From contig JAZQFD010000009.1 in assembly GCA_045539335.1 (NCBI GenBank), forward strand, positions 8,534 to 72,533: DNA of 64,000 nucleotides. The letters are read 5' to 3'. This DNA comes from Eubacteriales bacterium. Its GTDB lineage: Bacteria; Bacillota; Clostridia; Oscillospirales; QAKW01. Below the pieces are notes generated by a model. That model was given only the letters and a program-made list of their open reading frames with translations. It did not search any database and was not told the DNA's origin. The first letter of the stretch is position 1. Every line of letters starts with the position of its first letter. Both the position numbers and the translations under genes were made by a program. Positions 9,267 through 22,022 of this stretch are shown here, one piece after another.

Positions 9267-10100
9267 TTATCCTTTGACCGCACCGGAGATGACTCCCTTA
9301 ATAATGTGTTTTTGACCCAACACATAAAAGATGATCACCGGCAAGATCGCCAGCACTAAAAGAGCCATAAATGCACCATAGTCCACCGAGCCATAACTAT
9401 CGGTCATGGCTGATTGGATGGCCATAGGGATGGTATAGTAGCCTTTGGTTTTATCCAGCACCAAGGTGGGAAGCAGGTAATCATTCCAGATCCACATGGC
9501 CTGCAAAATCGCCACCGACACATAAGTGGGCTTCATCATGGGCAAGACCACCCGAAAGAAGGTGGAAAGGGGGTTACAGCCATCCATCATGGCCGCTTCC
9601 TCAATGGAAAGGGGGATGGATTTCACAAAGCCGGTGAACATAAACACCGAAAGCCCCGCCCCAAAGCCCAGATAGACTAAGGGAATGGTCCAAGGGGCGG
9701 TGAGCCCCAAGCGATCAGAGATAAAAGGCAAGGTGAACATCACCATCTGGAAAGGCACCACCATAGAAAAAACAAAGAGATAATAAATCGCTTTACAGAC
9801 CCTCCCCCCTACCCGATCAATAAACCATGCGCACATGGAGGTGCAAAGCAAAATCAAAAGTACCGATAAAAGCGTTACGATAAAGCTATAGCCGATACTC
9901 CGGAAAAAGTCGATGGAGGTAATTCCCCGCACATAATTAGAGAGCCCCACAAAGGTTTCTTTCATGGGCAGGTAAAAAACCTGCTGGGCGATGGCGCTTT
10001 GTTCTTTAAAAGAGTTTATCACCAGCACAAACAAAGGAAACAGATACAGCACCGACACGGCAGAAAACAGCAAGGTAAGGAGCCAATGCTTTTTCTTCAT
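9267..10100 (-). CDS. Carbohydrate ABC transporter permease (MalG-like)
   Basis: SIEEAAMMDGC EAA loop; WIWNDYLLP. Confidence 0.95.
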   Translation of the reverse strand: MKKKHWLLTLLFSAVSVLYLFPLFVLVINSFKEQSAIAQQVFYLPMKETFVGLSNYVRGITSIDFFRSIGYSFIVTLLSVLLILLCTSMCAWFIDRVGGRVCKAIYYLFVFSMVVPFQMVMFTLPFISDRLGLTAPWTIPLVYLGFGAGLSVFMFTGFVKSIPLSIEEAAMMDGCNPLSTFFRVVLPMMKPTYVSVAILQAMWIWNDYLLPTLVLDKTKGYYTIPMAIQSAMTDSYGSVDYGAFMALLVLAILPVIIFYVLGQKHIIKGVISGAVKG

Positions 10101-10954
10101 TATTGGCGCACCTCCTTACGGTGGGTAAAATAAAGCTGCAAGAGGGCAATGGCCGCCACAGCCACAAAGAAGACCACCGCCATGGCCTGAGCAGTACCAT
10201 GGGCTTTGGGGGTGGTACCATAGGTATTGCGAATGAGCATGGCCAGCATTTCGGTGGTGCGGAAGGGCTTGCCGTCGGTCAATGCTAAGTTTTGATCAAA
10301 AAGCTTAAAGGAATTGGTCAGAGTTAAGAAGGTGCAGATGGTGATGGAGGGCATCACCATAGGCAGAGTGACCTTACGCAAGGTCTGCCACCAGCCGGCG
10401 CCATCCATTTTAGCCGCTTCGATCAGTTCTTCCGGCACCGATTGCAGCCCTGAGATATAAATAATCATCATATATCCGATTTGCTGCCATGCCACCACCA
10501 GCACCAGCCCCCAAAATCCATAGGTGGTGCTATAGCTGAGATCTCTGCCAAAAAGAGGGAGCAAGATGCCATAATTGATGATCATTTTCCAAATATAGCC
10601 CAGCACAATCCCGCCGATTAGATTGGGCATAAAAAAGACGGTGCGAAAAAAATTGGTGCCCCGAATGCCACGGGTCAGTCCCAGCGCCACCCCAAAGGCC
10701 AACACATTGATCAGCAAAACGCTGGCCAGAGTGAAAAGAGCGGTGAACCAAAAGGACTCCCAAAACAGGCTATCGGCGGTAAAGACACGGGCATAATTGG
10801 CAAAGCCCACAAAGGTGGGATCCTCCACGGTGGTATATTCACAAAAAGAAAGGTAAAGCCCCATGAAAAAAGGGATCACAAAGCCAAACAAGAAAGCAAC
10901 AAGGGTCGGCAATAAAAAGAGGGGGAACCATCTTTTTAGGGTTTTTACATTCAT
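10100..10954 (-). CDS. Carbohydrate ABC transporter permease (MalF-like)
   Basis: FVGFANY; LIEAAKMDGA EAA loop. Confidence 0.95.
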   Translation of the reverse strand: MNVKTLKRWFPLFLLPTLVAFLFGFVIPFFMGLYLSFCEYTTVEDPTFVGFANYARVFTADSLFWESFWFTALFTLASVLLINVLAFGVALGLTRGIRGTNFFRTVFFMPNLIGGIVLGYIWKMIINYGILLPLFGRDLSYSTTYGFWGLVLVVAWQQIGYMMIIYISGLQSVPEELIEAAKMDGAGWWQTLRKVTLPMVMPSITICTFLTLTNSFKLFDQNLALTDGKPFRTTEMLAMLIRNTYGTTPKAHGTAQAMAVVFFVAVAAIALLQLYFTHRKEVRQ

Positions 10955-10969
10955 AGGGCTTCCTTTCTG

Positions 10970-12280
10970 TTAGTTGGCGTTGTTGTACTCGGTTTTCCAG
11001 CCGTCTACAAAGGCGGTCTTCACCTTATTCCAAAGGTCATCGGTGGCTCCGCCTTGGGCATAGGCCAAGAGGGCGGCACCCACTCCATTCTTCCATTGAT
11101 CAGAGGGGATGGTGGAAAAGCTCCAAGCCACAGGGGTCTTCCCTGCCTCCAAATAACTATTGGCTTCTTTGATCAGGGGATTGGTGGACTCCACCGCCTT
11201 TTTAAAGGGGATCACAAAGCCCATCTCCTCGGCCATGGCCTTGGTGCCTGCCTCGGAGGTGACGACCCAATTCAAAAAGTTCAGAGTGGCTTGAATATCG
11301 GCTTCCGAAGCATTTTTATTAACGCACCAATAGTTTTCACTGCCGGTGCAAAGACCTTGCTTCTCCTCCCCTTTGGCGCCGATATAGATGGGCAGCATTC
11401 CCACATTTTCAGCACCGATTTTCTCTTCCATGGCGGCATTCCATGCCCAGGTGCCATTCTGATAGAAAACCGCCTCGCCGTTTAAAAATTCATTTTTGGC
11501 GTTATCTTCTGTTTTAGCCCCGATTTCGGCGGGGGCGCAGGTGGCATTATTCAGGTAAAGGTCCCATACTTTACGGTAATGATCCAGATAGGTGCCCTCC
11601 ATCATATCGGCAGAGGTGACCTCCCGATCCATATATTCATAATAAATAGGAAGATTTGCCAGATGGGTCTTAAACCGCCAATCGGAGGAAGAATCCATGC
11701 CCGAGGAGGTAAAGGCGCCCTTAATGCCCAGCGCCTCTTTTTTACTTTGAATATCGGTGACCATGGTGGAAAAGGATTCAAAATTGCTCACCTGATTCAA
11801 GGAAGTGATCTTGGCATCGGGGAGCGCAAAATATCGATCCAAAATGGATTTATTATAGATAATGCCATAGGTTTCCACCACATAGGCAATCCCCAAGACC
11901 TTATCGCCCTCTTTTAAGGCGAAATCCTCATCGGTCAGTTGCCGATAGAGTTCCGTATCGGAAAGATCATAGCAATAGCTTTTCCAGCCGGCAAGGCCCA
12001 CCGGCCCATTGACCTGAAAAAGGGTGGGCGCATTGGATTTGACAATCTCGGCCGAAAGGGTATCCTCATAATTACCGGAGGCGGCGGTGACCACCGTGAC
12101 CTTCACGCCGGTCTCATCGGTATACGCCTTGGCAAGAGATTTCCATTGAGCATCCTGCTCCGGCTTGAAATTGAGGAAATAGACATCACCATCGGTATCC
12201 TTTCCCCCGCTCATCCGCATGCAGCCGCCCAGCCCCAGCAGCAAGGCAACCGCACAAATCATTGCAATTACTTTTTTCAT
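10970..12280 (-). CDS. Carbohydrate ABC transporter substrate-binding lipoprotein
   Basis: MKKVIA...LGGC lipobox after GGAGG RBS (start moved to 12280); FLNFKPE, FYQNGTW. Confidence 0.92.
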   Translation of the reverse strand: MKKVIAMICAVALLLGLGGCMRMSGGKDTDGDVYFLNFKPEQDAQWKSLAKAYTDETGVKVTVVTAASGNYEDTLSAEIVKSNAPTLFQVNGPVGLAGWKSYCYDLSDTELYRQLTDEDFALKEGDKVLGIAYVVETYGIIYNKSILDRYFALPDAKITSLNQVSNFESFSTMVTDIQSKKEALGIKGAFTSSGMDSSSDWRFKTHLANLPIYYEYMDREVTSADMMEGTYLDHYRKVWDLYLNNATCAPAEIGAKTEDNAKNEFLNGEAVFYQNGTWAWNAAMEEKIGAENVGMLPIYIGAKGEEKQGLCTGSENYWCVNKNASEADIQATLNFLNWVVTSEAGTKAMAEEMGFVIPFKKAVESTNPLIKEANSYLEAGKTPVAWSFSTIPSDQWKNGVGAALLAYAQGGATDDLWNKVKTAFVDGWKTEYNNAN

Positions 12281-12375
12281 AGGTTGTTCCTCCTTTGAAT
12301 TTATTACTATTTTTGGTTGATTTGCGGAGGAATATACAAAAATAAAAAAATCCACACACATATCGTGTATGGATC

Positions 12376-12783
12376 TTAAAGAATACCAAGTACATCATAA
12401 ATTTTTTCTACATCAGCAGTTTCAAGAAAAGCATTCATTTTAAAAAAACATAACGTTTCCTGTTTGACATTCTCCGTCATCTCATCGCAGGAACGCTTAA
12501 ATTCATTTAGAGAACCGTTAAAGTTCATTCGTCTGATCGCTTTTGCGAATTTACATCTTAACACCCGCTGAATCATTTTTTCTAATTTCGGACGTTCTTG
12601 AAAGCCTAATTGACGATGATTAATGCTTCCAACTGAAAAGTTATCCACAATGACAAAGCGACGCCCCTTTTCTGCTCGTTCTTCTCTATATCTAAGAATC
12701 TCCGCCAGTTCCTCCGACTCCAGCTCATAAAAATATGGGATCGTTTGATCTTTTATATCATAGCTATACAACTCGTACCGCAT
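12376..12783 (-). CDS. Hypothetical protein (AT-rich)
   Basis: ORF with GAGGTG RBS; divergent from the XRE gene; no recognised motif. Confidence 0.6.
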   Translation of the reverse strand: MRYELYSYDIKDQTIPYFYELESEELAEILRYREERAEKGRRFVIVDNFSVGSINHRQLGFQERPKLEKMIQRVLRCKFAKAIRRMNFNGSLNEFKRSCDEMTENVKQETLCFFKMNAFLETADVEKIYDVLGIL

Positions 12784-12897
12784 TTTACACCTCATAAAAC
12801 TCCAAAAAGAATATTCCTATTATAATTCTTTTACAGAATTATGTCAAGGAGGATTGCACATATAATTCTTATATAGAATTTATGTGAGGATGGCATT

Positions 12898-13140
12898 ATG
12901 AAAACAAGAAAGCTTGAATACGGAACCTGCAACCTTGTTGGCAAAAATATCGAGCAAAAACGCAAAGAAAAAGGAATCCCTCAAAAGGAGTTTATCGCAC
13001 AAATGCAAGCCATGGGTTGCGATATCAACCCCTCCAGTTTTTCAAAACTGGAAGGCCAGCACCGCATTGCCACCGATAAAGAGGTTTACTCTGCCGCCAA
13101 ACTTCTGCGAGTAACAACCGATGAATTATTTCAAAAATAA
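12898..13140 (+). CDS. XRE-family HTH transcriptional regulator
   Basis: VGKNIEQKRKEKGIPQKEF...SKLEGQHR HTH pattern. Confidence 0.85.
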   Translation: MKTRKLEYGTCNLVGKNIEQKRKEKGIPQKEFIAQMQAMGCDINPSSFSKLEGQHRIATDKEVYSAAKLLRVTTDELFQK

Positions 13141-13169
13141 AAAGGAAAGGGAAACCCTTTCCTTTTTTT
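13139..13169. terminator. Bidirectional terminator between the XRE gene and dnaJ
   Basis: AAAAAGGAAAGGG-AAA-CCCTTTCCTTTTTTT between convergent stops. Confidence 0.75.
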
Positions 13170-14310
13170 ATTTAAATAATTTGCCCAGTTTATCCATAAA
13201 GCTCTCTTTCCGCTCAAAGTTTTTGGCATCAAAGGTCTTGGCCAATTCTTTTAGAAGTTCTTTTTGCTTTTTAGAGAGATTGCGGGGAATTTCCACCTCG
13301 ATGGTCACATACATATCCCCCTTGGACTTACTGTTGATACGGGTGATTCCCTTGCCACGGAAGCGGAAGGTGCTGCCGGTTTGAGTGCCTTCGGGCAGAT
13401 CATATTCTACCTTGCCCTCCAAGGTCGGAACCTGCAGCTTGGCACCCAGTGCCGCATCGGTGAGGCTGACGGGGATCTTACAATAAATATCCGTTCCCTG
13501 CCGCTCAAACAGCTCATGGGGGCGCACATTCACGCCGATGTAGACATCTCCATCGGGTCCGCCGTTGACTCCGGCATGGGCTTGATTCCGCATGGTGAGG
13601 GTCTGACCGTCATCAATACCGGCGGGGATGGTGACCTTAATCTTTTTATTCTCGGTAATAATCCCGCCCTGACAATCGGGGCAAGGAGTCTTGATCCGCT
13701 TGCCTCTGCCGCCGCAGGCGGGGCAGGTGCTTTGGGATTGGATATTGCCCAAAATGGTGCGCTGAACCGAGGTGACCACACCTCTGCCGCCGCACTGAGA
13801 GCAGGTTTCCATTTCGGTGCCGTTTTTAGCACCGGTACCATTACAGGACTTACAGCTCTTACGACGACGCAAGGAAAGCTCCTTTTCGCAGCCGAAAGCA
13901 GCCTCCTCAAAGGAGATGGTCACAAAGGTTTCAATATCCTCGCCCTTTCGAGGACCGTTGGAACGGCGACCGCCGCCACCAAAGCCCCCTCCGAAGAAGG
14001 AACTGAACACATCACCGAAATCGCCCATGCCGCCCATGCCGCCAAATCCGCCGAAGCCGCCACCGCCGGCACCGTAATTGGGATCTACGCCGGCATGACC
14101 AAACTGATCATAGCGGGATTTCTTCTCAGGGTCTGAGAGAATGCCATAGGCTTCGCTGACCTCTTTGAATCTTTCCTCAGCGGTTTTATCGTCGGGGTTC
14201 AGGTCGGGATGGTACTGCTTCGCCAGTTTTCGATAGGCTTTTTTGATCTCATCATCGGAGGCACTTTTATTCAGCCCCAAGATCTCATAATAATCTCTTT
14301 TTTCTGCCAT
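13168..14310 (-). CDS. dnaJ: Chaperone DnaJ
   Basis: J-domain HPD, G/F-rich region, CxxCxGxG repeats. Confidence 0.98.
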   Translation of the reverse strand: MAEKRDYYEILGLNKSASDDEIKKAYRKLAKQYHPDLNPDDKTAEERFKEVSEAYGILSDPEKKSRYDQFGHAGVDPNYGAGGGGFGGFGGMGGMGDFGDVFSSFFGGGFGGGGRRSNGPRKGEDIETFVTISFEEAAFGCEKELSLRRRKSCKSCNGTGAKNGTEMETCSQCGGRGVVTSVQRTILGNIQSQSTCPACGGRGKRIKTPCPDCQGGIITENKKIKVTIPAGIDDGQTLTMRNQAHAGVNGGPDGDVYIGVNVRPHELFERQGTDIYCKIPVSLTDAALGAKLQVPTLEGKVEYDLPEGTQTGSTFRFRGKGITRINSKSKGDMYVTIEVEIPRNLSKKQKELLKELAKTFDAKNFERKESFMDKLGKLFK

Positions 14311-14369
14311 TCAAATTCACCTTGTATGTGGAATTTCCGGACAGAGGGGTTCCTCTGCCCGGAAGGGGG

Positions 14370-16199
<1,830 letters not shown>

Positions 16200-16219
16200 A
16201 ATATTTTCTCCTTTACAAG

Positions 16220-16750
16220 TTAATTTGCAGTTTTGACCACGGCGGGTCGAATTACAGTTTCTTCTTTATAGAGATAGCCCCGCTGAAAGACTTCCACAAT
16301 CTCGCCGTCTTTCAATTCGGGATCTTCTATATGCATAATGGCTTCATGGTAATTGGGGTCGAAAATCTCGCCCTTTTCACCGATAGGGGTGACGCCGATA
16401 TTCTTTAAAGAATCCAGCATCTGGCGCAGGATCATTTCCACGCCGCTCTTCAGGCTGCCCTCGCCCTCACCTGCGGCGGCAAGAGCTCGCTCTAAATTAT
16501 CAATAGCGGGCAGGATGGCGGTGATGGCTTTGGCGACACCGTCGCCCACCATGCGCTCCTTTTCCTTGGCGGTACGCTTACGGAAATTATCATATTCCGC
16601 ATACAGTCTTAAATACTGATCGTGCTCCGCATTATATTTTTCTTCCCATTCATTTTTCTTTTTCTTCTTGGGGGCCGCTTTGGCCTTTTCTTCCTGAGCC
16701 TGGGGAGCGGCTTGCTCCTCGGGCGTTACTTGAGTCTTTTGTTCGTCCAT
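16220..16750 (-). CDS. grpE: Nucleotide exchange factor GrpE
   Basis: [22 protein letters not shown]. Confidence 0.97.
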   Translation of the reverse strand: MDEQKTQVTPEEQAAPQAQEEKAKAAPKKKKKNEWEEKYNAEHDQYLRLYAEYDNFRKRTAKEKERMVGDGVAKAITAILPAIDNLERALAAAGEGEGSLKSGVEMILRQMLDSLKNIGVTPIGEKGEIFDPNYHEAIMHIEDPELKDGEIVEVFQRGYLYKEETVIRPAVVKTAN

Positions 16751-17784
16751 CAGGAACCCTCCCTGTCTTTTAAATATTGTTCAATACATTTAGCGAAATA
16801 GTCGACCTGCGACGCATTTGCACCATAGTCCATCCTCTTTGGACCTAGAAGGCTGATGGCGCCGAACCCGGACTTACTGCCATACTTTCGCACAATCAAT
16901 CCCATATCGCTGAAATTGATACCGGCAATTTCACTACCGATGGAAATGGAAAGTTCCTCGCCTCCCTGCGTATTCAGGAGAGTGCGAATCTCTTCTTCCT
17001 TACTAAGGAAATTCAGCACATTTTGCACCTTATGGACTTCATAGAACTCCGGATGAGAGAGAAGATTGCTCTGACCGGACACAAAGACCTTGGGGTTGCG
17101 AATGGAATTGACCATATTCTTCACAATGCCTGCCACAAAATTCCAATTCTGATGCAAAGCGGAAAGACGACCTTCCAGCGCTTCGAAATCCTCATCGGTC
17201 AAGCGGGAGAAGGTGACATCCCCCAAGAAGCCGTTGAGCACATCGGAGAGCGCAGCAATATCATCATCGCTGGCCAGAAAATAAAAGCGGCAGAAACTAT
17301 TCTTTACGGTTCCGCTACGAGTGATGGCCACAAGATTCAGGCAGTTATCGGCGGTTTTAACCAATTCTACCTTAATAATACGATCATCATCGGAATGGGC
17401 CATAACCGCTGCAGCGGTATAACCGGTGATCTCGGAGAAACGGGAGAGCGCATGCTTTAAAAACTCATCCACATTTCCGGTGGGATCCTCGATGGCTTCT
17501 TCGATAATGGCCGCCCGCTCTACCGGCAGGATAGAGGCTTGCAGCAAATGGTCTACATAATAGCGGTAGCCTTTCTCGGTGGGAACTCTTCCTGCGCTGG
17601 TATGAGGCTGCTCCAGGTAGCCCTCTCCTTCCAGCCACGCAAGATCATTCCGAACGGTCGCAGAGGAAACATTTAAGTTTTCCCGCATAAGGATCAATTT
17701 GGAAGAAACCGGCTCTCCGGTATCTACATATGCCTCAATGGCGGCTTTCAGTATGACATTCAGCCGATCCTTCATCCGCAACAC
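16750..17784 (-). CDS. hrcA: Heat-inducible repressor HrcA
   Basis: SSATVRNDL, QPHTSAGRVPT, GPKRMDY. Confidence 0.97.
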   Translation of the reverse strand: MLRMKDRLNVILKAAIEAYVDTGEPVSSKLILMRENLNVSSATVRNDLAWLEGEGYLEQPHTSAGRVPTEKGYRYYVDHLLQASILPVERAAIIEEAIEDPTGNVDEFLKHALSRFSEITGYTAAAVMAHSDDDRIIKVELVKTADNCLNLVAITRSGTVKNSFCRFYFLASDDDIAALSDVLNGFLGDVTFSRLTDEDFEALEGRLSALHQNWNFVAGIVKNMVNSIRNPKVFVSGQSNLLSHPEFYEVHKVQNVLNFLSKEEEIRTLLNTQGGEELSISIGSEIAGINFSDMGLIVRKYGSKSGFGAISLLGPKRMDYGANASQVDYFAKCIEQYLKDREGS

Positions 17785-17799
17785 CTAACCTTTCAAAAT

Positions 17800-17826
17800 T
17801 TAGCACTCGCACCTTTCGAGTGCTAA
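17800..17826. promoter_or_regulatory. CIRCE operator
   Basis: Perfect TTAGCACTC-N9-GAGTGCTAA upstream of hrcA. Confidence 0.98.
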
Positions 17827-17833
17827 CAATGAT

Positions 17834-17862
17834 ACTTTACCACTATTTTTCCCCGTTGTCAA
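17834..17862 (-). promoter_or_regulatory. SigA promoter of the hrcA operon
   Basis: TTGACA-N17-TAAAGT with TG extension, directly upstream of CIRCE. Confidence 0.75.
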
Positions 17863-17967
17863 CACCGAATTATAAAAAAATTATGAATATTTGCTTGACA
17901 ATTCGTAAACTCTCTATATATAATATTATTAATAATATATGAATTATAATAAGAAGGAGGGATCAAG

Positions 17968-18192
17968 GTGGCCGAGTTCAAGTATGAAATTACCGAGCAT
18001 TTCGGTGATCTGCCCCAAAATGCCAATGGTTGGGCAAAGCAGCTCAATAAAATCAGCTGGATGGAGCGTCCTGCCAAATATGACCTGAGAGAATGGTCTC
18101 CCGATGGCACCAAGATGAACAAAGGCGTTTCCTTTACCGATGAAGAGCTCAAGGCTTTGAGAGATCTTCTGAACACCCTGAATCTGGACTAA
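17968..18192 (+). CDS. YdbC/PC4-like ssDNA-binding protein
   Basis: WAKQLNKISW...KYDLREWSPD...KMNKGVS; GGAGG RBS. Confidence 0.88.
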   Translation: MAEFKYEITEHFGDLPQNANGWAKQLNKISWMERPAKYDLREWSPDGTKMNKGVSFTDEELKALRDLLNTLNLD

Positions 18193-18302
18193 GCGTATAA
18201 GCAAAAATACCGCTCAAGATACATTCTTGGGCGGTAGTTTTTTCCTATTATATAATATAAAAGCAAAAAAAACCCGCAACATGAAGTTGCGGGATTTTTC
18301 AA

Positions 18303-19916
18303 TTAATCATAATCGATATCAACGGAACCATCGTTGGGCAAGGGCTCTTCATTGTATTCATCATACAATTCCTGAACCTCATCTCCCCAGCCTTCATTAT
18401 ACTGATAGGTAAAGTTTGCCACCAGATAACGCAGGTAAACATAAGAGGAAGACTTCACCGGCACAACCTTATCATCGGAATTATACTTCAAGCCGATGCT
18501 TCCCTTATCAACACGGTTCATAAACTCGGAATAGAGAAGCTTTGCCAGTTTCTTATAATCCTCGGTGCTGGTCTTTTCATCCTTGGAGGGATTCTCAAAG
18601 GTCAGCTTGGAGATATTGCCATACATCTTATCCAAAGTGGACACAAAGGCGATGATATCCTTCTTTGCAGTTTCCTTCAAAGCGGAGCCACAATAGAGAT
18701 GGATGTTGGGATTAATTCTATAAACGATATTTCCAACTTCCAGATAAGCATCCATATAAGCGGAGTACTTTAAGTAATCGGTGTTATAATCCTCACCCTT
18801 GGCTTCCAACTGATCGGCATACTCGGTGCAAACCAAGAAAGCGATGAAGCTGGCATCCTGATCATTGGTGATACCACGCTGCTTAGCAATGGCTCTTGCC
18901 ACCTGCATGGGAATTACAACCTCGGGATACTCGGGGTTTACCAAAACCTCACCGGTGAAGGGGCTGAACATACTGCCAATCCCCATGGAGGTATACAGAG
19001 GAGTAGCGATCATTTCCTTCACAACAACCTCGCTGCCCTTTAAGAACTTAAAGTCTTCTGCAGCCAGATCATAGCACTCATTCACAGCCTTAGCGATCTC
19101 TTCCAAAGATCTGCCGGCGTCGTTATAACGAGAGTGACCGGAGGTGGTATAGTAGAGATTTTCCATACCGTCTACTGCAACTTCGTTGAGCTGATCGATA
19201 TAGAACAGCATGCTACCGTCTAAATGCTCTTCCTTGAAGTAGTTGGGCTTGAAGGCGCCGTTTTCAACCTTCTTCAAGTAGGTATTATACAACATCGGAC
19301 GATTGGTGGTAACGCCAAAGCTCATCACAAACAGCAGATAAGCAAAGCCGAATACAGCCACCAGCGCATAACCAAACTGCACCCAATAGCCGGCGATCTT
19401 CACACCGTCCTTCTTCGCAACGATGGTCTTATAGATCAGGAAGCCGGCATAAGCCAGGATCCCAACCAACACCACCACTGCCAAGATCTCCATCAAGGAG
19501 ATGGGCAACAGATTGGATACTGCAGTAAGAGCACCACGCACACCTGCAGAAAGGGAGGTGGTCAGGCTCTCGCTGATATTGGGAGAAACCAATGCCAAAA
19601 TATGGAGAACCAATCCGATCAGTCCCAATCCGGCAAAACACCATTTGATGATGGAACATACGGTATTGTTCATCAGAATCATCTTCAGTTTTTCTTTCTT
19701 GGTGTAGGTGGGCTTCAGAGACTCCAAATCTGCCGCAGCAAATTCGAATCCTTCATCAAACTCCGCCAAATCCTCCAAGGTAAATTCATTCGCAAGGGCG
19801 TCTAATTCCTCTGCAGTGAAGCCTTCTTGCATCTCAAGACCTTCCTCTTGAGTCAGAACTTCTTCTTGTGCAAGCACTTCATCCTGCAAGATTTCTTGCT
19901 TTTCCATATCAGCCAT
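18303..19916 (-). CDS. DUF3810-like membrane protein (zincin motif degenerate)
   Basis: Three N-terminal TMs; PFTGEVLVN...FIAFLVC and YLKYS motifs; acidic N-terminus. Confidence 0.7.
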   Translation of the reverse strand: MADMEKQEILQDEVLAQEEVLTQEEGLEMQEGFTAEELDALANEFTLEDLAEFDEGFEFAAADLESLKPTYTKKEKLKMILMNNTVCSIIKWCFAGLGLIGLVLHILALVSPNISESLTTSLSAGVRGALTAVSNLLPISLMEILAVVVLVGILAYAGFLIYKTIVAKKDGVKIAGYWVQFGYALVAVFGFAYLLFVMSFGVTTNRPMLYNTYLKKVENGAFKPNYFKEEHLDGSMLFYIDQLNEVAVDGMENLYYTTSGHSRYNDAGRSLEEIAKAVNECYDLAAEDFKFLKGSEVVVKEMIATPLYTSMGIGSMFSPFTGEVLVNPEYPEVVIPMQVARAIAKQRGITNDQDASFIAFLVCTEYADQLEAKGEDYNTDYLKYSAYMDAYLEVGNIVYRINPNIHLYCGSALKETAKKDIIAFVSTLDKMYGNISKLTFENPSKDEKTSTEDYKKLAKLLYSEFMNRVDKGSIGLKYNSDDKVVPVKSSSYVYLRYLVANFTYQYNEGWGDEVQELYDEYNEEPLPNDGSVDIDYD

Positions 19917-20000
19917 ATGCGTCCTCCTCATCCGAGTATTGTATATACATATATATATTACATTAAATTATACAAAATTTCAAGACTATTTTTACATTTT

Positions 20001-21026
20001 TTATACTTTTTTGATTGTTCCGCCGCCCAGTACATAATTTTTCCAATAAAACACGGCATTTTGGCCGGGAGCCGGCGCCATTTTGGGTTGGTCAAAGGTT
20101 AAAATTCCACCATCCTCGGTAGGGCTAAAACGGGCAGGTGTATCCCGATCTCGGGCACGCACCTTCACCGTGAGCCCCTCTTGGGGCAGAGGGCAATGGA
20201 GCACCAGATCCCTCAGATGCACAACCTGCTGCTCTGCATACTCCTTGGGACCTAAAATCACCGTATTTTTCTCGGGATCCAGCGCCGCTACATACAGCCG
20301 CTGATCCGCAGAAACCCCCAAGCCTCGCCGCTGACCGACGGTATAGCGGCAGATGCCCTGATGGGTGCCCAACACCCGACCGTCTACCCCCAAAATCTCA
20401 CCGGGAGCAGGCAAAGAGCCGGTATACGCTTCAATAAAAGCATCATGGGAAGAGCCTTCTTCCAAAAAGCAGATATCCAAAGAATCTTTTTTAGCAGCGG
20501 CCGAAAGCCCACGCTCTACCGCCAAGGCACGCACCGCCTCTTTCCCCCGCTCATTGCCCAGCGGCAAAAGCAGGCGAGAGCGGCACTCCTCAGAAAGACC
20601 AAAAAGCATATAGCTCTGATCCTTCTCTTGCCCGGGGATCCGCTTAATCAAATGAAAGTCTCCCACCTGCTCCACCGCCGCATAATGACCGGTGGCGATC
20701 TTCTCACAGCCCAAGGCATCCGCCGCCTCTAAAAGGCCACGGAATTTCACGTTGGGATTGCAAAGAATGCAGGGATTGGGGGTCTCTCCCCTTTTATAAT
20801 AAGCGGCAAAGGGGCGCATAACATGCTCTTCAAAAAGAGCGGTCATATCCTTCAAATAGAACGGAATGCCCAATTCCTCCGCCGCTTTGCGGGCGGCATC
20901 CTCCTCCTGCCCCACTCGGTGCATCCGCAGGAAAACGCCAATGGGCTGATACCCCTCTTCCCGCAATAAGGCTGCGGCAACGGCACTATCTACCCCGCCG
21001 CTGAGCCCCAAGGCAACCTTGATCAT
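20001..21026 (-). CDS. mnmA: tRNA 2-thiouridylase MnmA
   Basis: SGGVDS, TPNPCILCN, ATGHY, KDQSY, YTVGQRRGL. Confidence 0.97.
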   Translation of the reverse strand: MIKVALGLSGGVDSAVAAALLREEGYQPIGVFLRMHRVGQEEDAARKAAEELGIPFYLKDMTALFEEHVMRPFAAYYKRGETPNPCILCNPNVKFRGLLEAADALGCEKIATGHYAAVEQVGDFHLIKRIPGQEKDQSYMLFGLSEECRSRLLLPLGNERGKEAVRALAVERGLSAAAKKDSLDICFLEEGSSHDAFIEAYTGSLPAPGEILGVDGRVLGTHQGICRYTVGQRRGLGVSADQRLYVAALDPEKNTVILGPKEYAEQQVVHLRDLVLHCPLPQEGLTVKVRARDRDTPARFSPTEDGGILTFDQPKMAPAPGQNAVFYWKNYVLGGGTIKKV

Positions 21027-21883
21027 TCAGTAACCTCAAAAAGAACACCCAGCGTACCGGGGCCGCAATGGCTGGTAACCACACAGCCTGCCATCGTCTC
21101 ATAGATCTCTTCAAATAAACCGGATTCAGCCACAACAGCCTTTACCTTCTCCACAGTAGCGGGGTCGGTTTTGGTATAGGTCACAAAGCAACGCTTTTTA
21201 TTCATCTTATCGGCATTTTGGCTCAGCATAGCCTTGGCATACTGCACCATAACTCCCTCGATGGAGCCACGGTACTTCTCGCCGGCGCCCATTTTACCTT
21301 CTGCAACAAAAATACGGGGATGCAGCCGCAGCATGGTGGCACCCAATGCGGCAACGGAAGAGCAACGACCGCCCATCTTCAAATAATCCAACTGATCTAC
21401 CACAAAGCTGGCACGAACCAAAGGAACTCGCTTGAGGATCTCCTCATAGATTTCAGCAGCCGATTTGCCCTCTTCCTTCAAATCATAAGCATCCAGCATC
21501 AAAAGGCCGGTGCCGGTGGAAAGATTGGCACTGTCTACCACATAGACCTTCCCCTCGCCCTCAACCTCTTCTGCCGCCATTTTGGCGTTCTGATGGGTCA
21601 CAGACATGGTGGAAGAAATACTAAAGTGCACCACATCGCAACCCTCTTTGGTGAATTGAGAGAAAAACTCCGTATAATCAGGAATGGATGCAGCGGCCGT
21701 CTTGGGCAGCTGCTTATTGGTTGCCACATAATCATAAATTTGATCCGGATGAATCTCTTCTCCATCCTTATAAGAATCATCACCCAAATTTACATAAAGA
21801 GGAACAATTTTAAAATCAAACCGTTCCTTTAATTCGGCAGACAGATCACACGTACTGTCTGCGGTAATAATAACTTTGTTCAT
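21023..21883 (-). CDS. DegV/FakB fatty acid-binding protein
   Basis: ITADSTCDL, PKTAA, YLKMGGR, SHCGPG. Confidence 0.93.
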   Translation of the reverse strand: MNKVIITADSTCDLSAELKERFDFKIVPLYVNLGDDSYKDGEEIHPDQIYDYVATNKQLPKTAAASIPDYTEFFSQFTKEGCDVVHFSISSTMSVTHQNAKMAAEEVEGEGKVYVVDSANLSTGTGLLMLDAYDLKEEGKSAAEIYEEILKRVPLVRASFVVDQLDYLKMGGRCSSVAALGATMLRLHPRIFVAEGKMGAGEKYRGSIEGVMVQYAKAMLSQNADKMNKKRCFVTYTKTDPATVEKVKAVVAESGLFEEIYETMAGCVVTSHCGPGTLGVLFEVTE

Positions 21884-22022
21884 TCAAAACATCCTTTCGT
21901 AAAAATCAAAATTTTCACTCCTTATACTATACCTTATTATTCGATAAAAGTCAAAGAAATTGTTGATTTTTTCGTTTTGGTACATTATAATAGATACCAG
22001 AAATTTCAAGGAGGAGCAAAAA

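Noticed and set aside
9267-12280. ABC transporter lacking an ATPase as an anomaly
   Set aside because: Firmicute CUT1 sugar transporters commonly share an unlinked MsmK-type ATPase.
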